Shown here: positions 1 through 6,786 of the stretch, piece after piece | How the letters are laid out: every line of letters starts with the position of its first letter | Position numbering within the stretch: position 1 is the stretch's first letter | From: Candidatus Aegiribacteria sp. | Lineage (GTDB): Bacteria > Fermentibacterota > Fermentibacteria > Fermentibacterales > JCC-6 | Direction: 5' to 3' | NCBI GenBank assembly: GCA_030610085.1 | Contig: JAUWSL010000003.1 | Coordinates: forward strand, 1-42,444 | DNA length: 42,444 bases | The notes under the pieces: model-generated | Told to the model about the DNA's origin: nothing | Databases searched by the model: none | What the model saw: only the letters and a program-made list of their open reading frames with translations | Translations under genes and position numbers: made by a program

Positions 1-24
1 CGGCAATTCCGGCGGCACCGGTGT

Positions 25-150
25 AAAAGACCGGTGTGCGGAACAAAAGAAGAATGGTAGATCAGCTCTGCCTACCGATCAGAAGACCGGCATGCGGAAC
101 AAAACAAGAATGGTAGATCGGTTCTGCATACCGATCAAAAAGGCCGATGC
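25..150. repeat. 56-bp imperfect tandem repeat (2 copies plus a short degenerate third)
   Basis: Copies 25-80 and 81-136 align without gaps with 7 mismatches; 137-150 resembles the start of the unit. The unit length is not a multiple of 3. Confidence 0.85.
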
Positions 151-174
151 CGTCAGCAACAGCCATGGACTAAC

Positions 175-203
175 CATATAACAGTGTAAAAGAACAGTGT
201 CAA
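175..203 (-). promoter_or_regulatory. sigma70-like promoter firing leftwards into the repeat
   Basis: TTGACA (203-198), 17-bp spacer ending in TGT, then TATATG (180-175). Confidence 0.45.
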
Positions 204-305
204 GATACATAAATGGTATGAATTGTAGTAACCTGACCTTTTTATCAGAATACTGACATACTCACCTTTAGATCATCCTGAGCCAGTCTCTCTTGACGGA
301 GAACT

Positions 306-1052
306 CTAATCGGCGAACAGGGTCTTGATACGTCCGAACGTGTACCGCTCCAACGATACAGGAGTCAATGTCACTTCATATATGATATCAGTTGTCTGAT
401 TGGATACCCAGAAGTTGTTTCCATCAAACACTAGAGCTACAGCGTTGAAACTGCTTGATATTCCACTCAGATCATAAGTGTCGACAATCGTACCGGTAGT
501 TGTTACTTCAACAATAGACCCGTCACCTCCGGTAGCGAAATAGAGATTTGAACCGTCATACGCCATATCTCCAATTGACCCATACGGAACAGAAAAAGAA
601 CTCAGAACCGATCCAGCTGTACTCAGCTCGTAGATAGTCTGATTACCACGACATGACATCCAGAGGTTAGTTCCGTCCCAGGTCAGCCCGAGGTTGTATG
701 TTGCGGGACAAATAAAAGTAGAAAGAAACACACCTGAAGTTGTGTATTCATATACTTCTCCTGGTGTCCCTGTATTCAGAAGGAACATTCCCCACAGATT
801 TGTTCCGTCGAAAGCAGCACCAAGTGCGTTTTTACCACCGGGTTCACTCGGCTTGAACTGACTCAATACAGTTCCAGAGGTATTGATCTCATAAAAACCA
901 TCGTAGAATCCGCCAAGAAGCCAGAGATTTGATCCATCCCAGGCAAGCCCGTTCGTATACTGATCAGGACTGTAGAAACTAGACAGAACGGTGACATCAC
1001 CGGCTGTAAGCATGACTGGAAGGACAAGAACAGCTACAAAAACACTTTTCAT
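306..1052 (-). CDS. secreted beta-propeller repeat protein with C-terminal LERYTFGRIKTLF motif
   Basis: ATG at 1052 after GGAGGAGG; signal peptide MKSVFVAVLVLPVMLTA; five repeats of the GL(A/T)(W/F)DG(S/T)NLW type. Confidence 0.85.
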   Translation of the reverse strand: MKSVFVAVLVLPVMLTAGDVTVLSSFYSPDQYTNGLAWDGSNLWLLGGFYDGFYEINTSGTVLSQFKPSEPGGKNALGAAFDGTNLWGMFLLNTGTPGEVYEYTTSGVFLSTFICPATYNLGLTWDGTNLWMSCRGNQTIYELSTAGSVLSSFSVPYGSIGDMAYDGSNLYFATGGDGSIVEVTTTGTIVDTYDLSGISSSFNAVALVFDGNNFWVSNQTTDIIYEVTLTPVSLERYTFGRIKTLFAD

Positions 1053-1222
1053 CACAACCTCCTCCAGAATTAGCACTGATACACGAACACAAAACAGCAA
1101 TAAACAATACCGACTTTACTTATTTGTTGCCAGTGGTTTGAATTGTATCCTCATAACAGAGACTCCATAAATGCAGGCTCTGGCGCTTGCTGAGTCAGAA
1201 AAAGGGAGTGGAGTCCTGGCGG

Positions 1223-1693
1223 CTACTCCTCCGGTATCAGTGAAGCCAATACTGAAGCAATTCCTGCGAGTACGATTCCCGCCACGATCATGACTGGAAA
1301 GGAGCTGGCTTCTGCGAGAGCAAAGGATATTTCCTCTACGAAGTTCATCAGGATTCCGGTGCCTTTCTCAAGCAGGCTCGAATCGTGCGGAATCTTCATA
1401 AGGATCAGGAATGCAGCTGTGCCGGAAAGAAGCGCAACCGCGATCTGCCAGACAGGGAACCGCGGCCGTGGTGCGGTCAATATCTTCGTGAGTACGTTCA
1501 GCCTGAGCTCAGCGGGTGCTGCATCCGGCTTAGTGCACTCAACGAGGCCGTTCTGCAGGGTACGCTCAAGCCTGAGTTCGCGACGGCAGATGGGGCAGCT
1601 TTCGAGATGTTTCTCGAAGAGACCCCTGTCATGCTCATCCAACTCACCCATCAAGTATGAGAGTACGCTAGTCGATCTGCTGCAGGAGCTCAT
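1223..1693 (-). CDS. zinc-finger (zf-HC2/ZAS) membrane anti-sigma factor
   Basis: HLESCPIC is an Hx3Cx2C motif; two hydrophobic helices at the C-terminus; overlaps the end of the ECF sigma gene. Confidence 0.88.
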   Translation of the reverse strand: MSSCSRSTSVLSYLMGELDEHDRGLFEKHLESCPICRRELRLERTLQNGLVECTKPDAAPAELRLNVLTKILTAPRPRFPVWQIAVALLSGTAAFLILMKIPHDSSLLEKGTGILMNFVEEISFALAEASSFPVMIVAGIVLAGIASVLASLIPEE

Positions 1694-2234
1694 TCTCGTG
1701 TCCCTTCAGGTGTTCTCTCAGTCTCTTCCTCGCCCGGTGGAGATAGACGCGTACATTGGGAACCGGTATCCCCATGATACGCCCTACATCCGCAAAACTC
1801 AACTCGTTCCAGTATGCGAGTGTGATAAGCTGCCTGTCCCTTTCGGATAGCTTGCATACAGCCTGTTCCAGCAGAACAATACCTTCTGCGGAGAGCTCTG
1901 GTTTACTCTCGTCTGCACTCTCGATGAAACTTTCTTCAGGCATGCTTACCTCCTTCCTGACCTTTATTCTGCGCAGGTGATCAAGCGCAGTCCTCCGGGC
2001 AGTCGAGCATATCCATGACGGAAAGCTCTCGTGCTTCCGGAGGCTGCGGAGTCTGGTCCACGCCTTAACGAATGTCTCCTGCGCCAGGTCCATGGCTGTA
2101 TCCCGATCTTGAACCATCCTGAGAAGTAACGTGTGCACCAGCCCGCCGTAGTCATCTATAAGCCTTCCGAAGGCCTGCCTGTCGCCCTCACAGGCAAGCC
2201 TGACATCGATCAGCCTGTCCGGGTCGTTGATCAA
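1668..2234 (-). CDS. ECF sigma-70 factor
   Basis: Region 2 DLAQETFVKAW...FPSWI; region 4 LSFADVGRIMGIPVPNVRVYLHRARKRL; TTG start. Confidence 0.95.
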   Translation of the reverse strand: MINDPDRLIDVRLACEGDRQAFGRLIDDYGGLVHTLLLRMVQDRDTAMDLAQETFVKAWTRLRSLRKHESFPSWICSTARRTALDHLRRIKVRKEVSMPEESFIESADESKPELSAEGIVLLEQAVCKLSERDRQLITLAYWNELSFADVGRIMGIPVPNVRVYLHRARKRLREHLKGHENELLQQID

Positions 2235-2238
2235 CTCT

Positions 2239-2619
2239 TTACGACGTGTTTGTGGTTCGATCCATCAGGAACCAGACTGCGATGAGCGCCAGTCCGAATA
2301 CCAGTCCGGCGCCGGCCGCGGCGAGACATGCCTTGACGCCGATAACGAGACCAACCACCAGCGAAGCGAAACTGAGCCCGATGACAACGAAACCGGTCCT
2401 GAAAAACCCTGTCCTGCGACCTGGGGTCTTCGTTTACTCCATAATAGCTATCATCCGTTCGACTTCCTCGGGACTCCTGCCGGATTCGAGCGCCTGATTT
2501 ATCTTATCGTACTTCTGCCGTGCCAGGTTATGTCTGTTCATGAGCAGGATGATCGCAAGGACTACCGGCCCGCCTATTACCAGAAGCAAAGCTATGATCC
2601 GAACTCCCTCATCTCCCAT
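2239..2619 (-). pseudogene. three-TM membrane protein (DUF6249-like) interrupted by an in-frame TAA at 2436-2434
   Basis: The 61-aa ORF continues in frame past TAA as TKTPGRRTGFFRTGFVVIGLSFASLVVGLVIGVKACLAAAGAGLVFGLALIAVWFLMDRTTNTS*, ending 4 nt before the ECF start codon. Confidence 0.75.
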
Positions 2620-2672
2620 TTTCTTCTCCTTCTGTTACTCAAGAGTATATCATACGATGTCAACATCAGTAC

Positions 2673-2699
2673 AGACGGGAAAGCACAATTTTTGTTACA
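2673..2699 (-). promoter_or_regulatory. ECF-type (likely autoregulatory) promoter
   Basis: TGTAAC (2699-2694), 16-bp spacer, CGTCT (2677-2673); fits the general ECF AAC-N16-CGT pattern and lies just upstream of the ECF operon. Confidence 0.7.
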
Positions 2700-2764
2700 G
2701 TCACCAGGCGTTCGTACCGCAGTATTCCTCGTAATAAGGTACGGAATGTACTGCTATGAAGTCA

Positions 2765-2793
2765 TTGACATAGTTTTAATATTCCGATATTTA
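2765..2793 (+). promoter_or_regulatory. possible sigma70 promoter of the esterase gene
   Basis: TTGACA-N17-TATTTA in an AT-rich intergenic region. Confidence 0.4.
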
Positions 2794-2943
2794 AGTTAGT
2801 GTGCAAACAATAATTCGGGTCCGGTAGAAAACATACCAGACACATTATTTCGTAACACCTTGATGTGTTCACTGCATAACAGTTCTTCTCCGGGCTCGAA
2901 AGATATAGTGGAGAGGTTAGTTATACACACAGGAGGGGTTACG

Positions 2944-4218
2944 ATGAAATTCTTCGTTTGTATTCTCGGCTTGCTGTTAATAATTCCAGGTATCGCATCT
3001 GCTGGTGGAACCTGGGTAGACACAACATTTGTTCCTCCTTCACTGGGCGTAGAGAAAGATGTGGTGATCTACCTGCCCGAAGGTTACGATCCTGGCGGAA
3101 CCATCGATTATTCCGTGATATACTGGCTGCACGGCTGGGGCGGTTCACATACTTCGTACATAGCCTACACACAAAATTCATTGGACAGTCTGATCTCATC
3201 CGAGCAGATCCAGCCTGTGATCGTGGTAAAGCCGAATGGATGGTGCGAACCATACGAAGGCAGTATGTGGGTTAACTCTGAACTGTATGGAGATTATGAG
3301 GACTATGTAGTATTCGATTTAGTCGACTTTGTGGAAAGCAGCTTCTGCGCCATTTCAGACCCGGACTTCCGATGCATAGCAGGGCATTCGATGGGAGCTA
3401 TGGGTTCGATGCATCTAGCTCTTTCGCATACTGACCGCTACAAAGCGGTAGCGTCGAACGCTGGTTTTCAGGATATCGAGGTTTCATTGTCTCTTTTCCT
3501 TCCTGAAGTCCTGAATGAATGTCCAGAAACCGTGCCACCTTACACCTACGACTGGGGGAATGGTCTCTACACGAATGCTACGTTTCTTACATCGGGAGCT
3601 TTCTCACCAAATCTGAGCGCTCCCGATTCAGTGGATTTCATTCTAGACGAGAATGGAGCAATAATCGATTCCGTATTTGCCCTGTGGGAGCTGTTCTATC
3701 CCGCCCATATGGTTAAGGAAATGTCCCTGCCGATTGACCTTGACATATTCTTTGACTGCGGTACAGACGATGGATGGATAGGCTGTTACGAATCCAACTG
3801 CGGCTATGCGGACACACTTACAGATCTTGGAATAGATCATGAATTCCAGAGTCTTACAGGTATAGGACACGGCATGAATCTTAGTCGGTTCATCGAGGAG
3901 TTCCTCTTCCTTGATGAAGCCATGACCGGTATTGCTGAAGGCTCACTAATGCCAGCCAGCTTATTACTCGAGCCGGCATTCCCGAACCCTTTCACCACAT
4001 CAACATCATTGCGCTTCGAGCTGTGTGAGCCGGGTCATGCAACACTTAAGGTCTTCGACCTTTCAGGCAGGCTTGTTACAACTCTGATTGACGGAGAGCT
4101 TCAGGAAGGACACCATTCGGTTGAATTCAACGCTGAAGATTTGCACCCTGGCGTTTATATGTATCGTCTGCATACCGGCTCAACAGTGCAGACGCGGAGA
4201 TGTATGGTATTAAGGTAA
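2944..4218 (+). CDS. secreted alpha/beta-hydrolase (putative esterase) with T9SS type-A/FlgD-like C-terminal domain
   Basis: AGGAGG RBS; signal peptide; IYLPEGY, YWLHGWGG and the GHSMG nucleophile elbow; C-terminal PNPF...VFDLSGRLV...PGVYMYRL. Confidence 0.9.
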   Translation: MKFFVCILGLLLIIPGIASAGGTWVDTTFVPPSLGVEKDVVIYLPEGYDPGGTIDYSVIYWLHGWGGSHTSYIAYTQNSLDSLISSEQIQPVIVVKPNGWCEPYEGSMWVNSELYGDYEDYVVFDLVDFVESSFCAISDPDFRCIAGHSMGAMGSMHLALSHTDRYKAVASNAGFQDIEVSLSLFLPEVLNECPETVPPYTYDWGNGLYTNATFLTSGAFSPNLSAPDSVDFILDENGAIIDSVFALWELFYPAHMVKEMSLPIDLDIFFDCGTDDGWIGCYESNCGYADTLTDLGIDHEFQSLTGIGHGMNLSRFIEEFLFLDEAMTGIAEGSLMPASLLLEPAFPNPFTTSTSLRFELCEPGHATLKVFDLSGRLVTTLIDGELQEGHHSVEFNAEDLHPGVYMYRLHTGSTVQTRRCMVLR

Positions 4219-4324
4219 CTCATTTTCCTCCATGGGAGTCTGGTTGTTCTGAAAAAGAAAACAGTACTCATTCGCTAGGGCGGGATAACGCAGGGACGTC
4301 ATCAATCCATGGATCGGGACCTCA

Positions 4325-4474
4325 TCAGAATATGGCGTAGATAAAAGGTGCAAGCACAGATCCCTGGGTCAGTACCAGTACGATGCTGAGAAGTAAAAGC
4401 ACAACGATGATCGGTGCGAGCCACCACTTCTTACGCACTTTAAGAAACCCCCAGATATCGCCAGCTCGTCCCAT
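4325..4474 (-). CDS. 49-aa DUF5989 (SxtK-like) membrane peptide, absent from the ORF track
   Basis: Manual translation MGRAGDIWGFLKVRKKWWLAPIIVVLLLLSIVLVLTQGSVLAPFIYAIF*; AGGAG RBS; RKKWWLAP and APFIY motifs. Confidence 0.9.
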   Translation of the reverse strand: MGRAGDIWGFLKVRKKWWLAPIIVVLLLLSIVLVLTQGSVLAPFIYAIF

Positions 4475-4487
4475 TGTATCTCTCCTT

Positions 4488-4877
4488 TTAGTAGGGCTTG
4501 TCCGGTCTGCCGCACGGCCCGGAAGGATCTACGGGCAGCCAGTAGGACCCGCACTCCCTGTCGAACCTGAGCTTCAGCGGAGTCTTGCCCAGAAGCCTCA
4601 TGATCAGCCCTATAGGGGTGATTGCTATCATATATACGAGTGTAAGCAGAACATTGGTCATTACGAAACCCATCACAATTGCGAGTTTCATCCAGACGTA
4701 CTCGATCGGTCTGAGGATCGTCGGCAAGGTAATCCCCGTAATCAGGAAAAATCCGGAGACTGAAGCGGTAACCGACCATGCTGGTGAATGCCTGAGATAA
4801 AGCAGACCCGATATCAAGGCAATGACACATCCCATGATCAGTCCGAATTTTCTGAGTTCCGCCCTTTTCTTCTTCAA
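4488..4877 (-). CDS. SxtJ-family membrane protein
   Basis: LRKFG start, WMKLAIVMG, ITPIGLIMRLLGK, SYW motifs; directly downstream of the carbamoyltransferase. Confidence 0.88.
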   Translation of the reverse strand: MKKKRAELRKFGLIMGCVIALISGLLYLRHSPAWSVTASVSGFFLITGITLPTILRPIEYVWMKLAIVMGFVMTNVLLTLVYMIAITPIGLIMRLLGKTPLKLRFDRECGSYWLPVDPSGPCGRPDKPY

Positions 4878-4885
4878 ATCCTCTC

Positions 4886-6718
4886 CTAGTCCAGTTCGTA
4901 GATGTTACGCCAGTCGACTTTCTCCTTCAATTCCGGCTGCTCTTCTTTTATAAGCAGGCAGTTGCCGAGTACCAGCAGATCCATCTCCGTCCGCATGAAA
5001 CAGAGATAGGCATCCGATGGTGAGCAGACGATCGGTTCACCCCGGACGTTGAAACTTGTATTGATGATCACACCGTAGCCTGTTTTTTCGCGGAAACGGG
5101 ATATGAGCCTGTGATACCTTGGATTATCCTTCCTGTCAACCGTCTGCACCCTTGCCGAGTAGTCTACATGAGTTATTGCCGGTACATCAGACCTCGGTAC
5201 GTTCAATTGATCAATGCCGAAGAGCGTTTCACTGCCTTCCGGAGGATTAAGGCGCCTGTCCTTTCGTACCGGGGCAACAAGAAGCATGTACGGGCTGCTG
5301 CATTCAAGTTCGAAGAAATCGCTCGCGTTCTCACGAAGAACGGAGGGAGCAAATGGCCTGAATGATTCACGGTGCTTGATCTTAAGGTTCATGGTCGACT
5401 GCATTGTAGTGCTTCTGGCATCTCCGATGATCGATCGGTTGCCAAGCGCACGGGGGCCAAACTCCATCCTCCCTGCGAACCATCCGGTGACTTTTCCGTT
5501 CATGATAGCGTCGGAAACTTCGTCTATAAGGCTTTCTTCATCCATTCGGGCGTAGGGACATTCATGCTCATTGAGCCACTTCTCGATCTCATCGTCGGTC
5601 CATGACGGGCCGAGGTACGAACCCTGCTGCAGATCCCGCTCACCATCCACTTCGCGTCTGCCGTCCAGAACCTGATGCCAGGCGAACAGCGCTGCTCCAA
5701 GAGCACCTCCGGCATCACCCGCAGCCGGTTGTATCCAGATATCATCGAAAATGCCTTCTCTGAGAATCTTTCCATTGGCAACACAGTTCAGGGCTACACC
5801 TCCTGCGAGGCAAAGGCGTTTGAGTCGAGTCTCTTTACTGACGTGTTTTGCTATCCTGAGAACTACCTCCTCGGATACAGCCTGGACCGAAGCAGCAAGG
5901 TCCATGTCCCTCCGGGTGAGATCGCTCTCGGGTTTTCTGGGTGGACCGCCGAAGAGCTTGTGGAAGTGTCTGGAGGTCATAGTGAGCCCCTGACAGTAGT
6001 TGAAGTACTTCATGTTCAGTCTGAAACTTCCGTCTTCCTTCAGGTCCATGACGTGATCAAGTATGGTCTGGACGAACCTTGGCTTACCGTATGGTGCCAG
6101 ACCCATGACCTTATACTCACCGGAATTAACCTTGAAACCGGTGTAATAGGTGAAAGCTGTGTACAGAAGCCCCAGACTGTGAGGGAATTGAAGTTCGTTA
6201 AGAAGCTGAATCCTGTTGCCGCTGCCTGTTCCCCAGGATGCGGTTGCCCATTCGCCGACACCGTCCATAGTGATGACAGCAGCTTCTTCGAAAGGACTTG
6301 GAAAAAAGGCTGATGCAGAATGGGACTGATGATGCTCGGGGAATAGAACGTTCCCGGTATAGCCCTTAAGATCTTTCTTTATCCGGTCTCCCATCCAGAG
6401 TTTCTCCTTGAGCCAGAGCGGCATGGAACGGAGGAAGGAAGGAAGCCCTGCAGGCGCGAAGGAGAGGTACGTTTCGAGAAGTCTTTCAAACTTGAGGAAC
6501 GGCTTGTCGTAAAACGCAACCAGAGTGAGTTCCTCCGGAGAGATTCCCCCGGAGGACATGCAGTACTCTATAGCATGCTCGGGGAAGCGGTGATCGTGCT
6601 TCCTGCGGGTGAATCGTTCTTCCTGCGCCGCACCGATGATCCTGCCATTATGAATCAGGCAGGCGGCCGAATCATGATAGAATGCGGAAATACCAAGAAT
6701 CCAGGAGTCTATGAGCAT
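4886..6718 (-). CDS. O-carbamoyltransferase (NodU/CmcH/TobZ family)
   Basis: HDSAA, AQEERF, EHHQSH, DGVGE, SGEYKVMGLAPYG, GGVALNC, EFGPRALGNRS, NTSFN motifs. Confidence 0.95.
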   Translation of the reverse strand: MLIDSWILGISAFYHDSAACLIHNGRIIGAAQEERFTRRKHDHRFPEHAIEYCMSSGGISPEELTLVAFYDKPFLKFERLLETYLSFAPAGLPSFLRSMPLWLKEKLWMGDRIKKDLKGYTGNVLFPEHHQSHSASAFFPSPFEEAAVITMDGVGEWATASWGTGSGNRIQLLNELQFPHSLGLLYTAFTYYTGFKVNSGEYKVMGLAPYGKPRFVQTILDHVMDLKEDGSFRLNMKYFNYCQGLTMTSRHFHKLFGGPPRKPESDLTRRDMDLAASVQAVSEEVVLRIAKHVSKETRLKRLCLAGGVALNCVANGKILREGIFDDIWIQPAAGDAGGALGAALFAWHQVLDGRREVDGERDLQQGSYLGPSWTDDEIEKWLNEHECPYARMDEESLIDEVSDAIMNGKVTGWFAGRMEFGPRALGNRSIIGDARSTTMQSTMNLKIKHRESFRPFAPSVLRENASDFFELECSSPYMLLVAPVRKDRRLNPPEGSETLFGIDQLNVPRSDVPAITHVDYSARVQTVDRKDNPRYHRLISRFREKTGYGVIINTSFNVRGEPIVCSPSDAYLCFMRTEMDLLVLGNCLLIKEEQPELKEKVDWRNIYELD

Positions 6719-6786
6719 CCTCCCGGGGCAGAGATGGAGTCTGGAGCTGCAGGCAGGCGTGATTCGAAAAACTCAGTTTTCACGCA

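Noticed and set aside
25-150. CRISPR array
   Set aside because: The units are directly adjacent with no unique spacers, there are only about two copies, and no cas genes are visible.
62-166. 34-codon near-leaderless minus-strand ORF (MAVADGIGLFDRY...) across the repeat
   Set aside because: The 56-bp unit breaks frame between copies and the peptide has no recognisable features; an RNA-level role fits the G-U pattern better.
2434-2436. Programmed Sec or Pyl recoding of the internal stop in the membrane-protein gene
   Set aside because: The codon is TAA, not TGA or TAG, and no comparable hairpin follows it.
4325-6718. Saxitoxin biosynthesis cluster
   Set aside because: Only sxtI/J/K-like genes are present; there is no sxtA, sxtG, sxtB or other core gene, and the triad occurs widely outside toxin producers.
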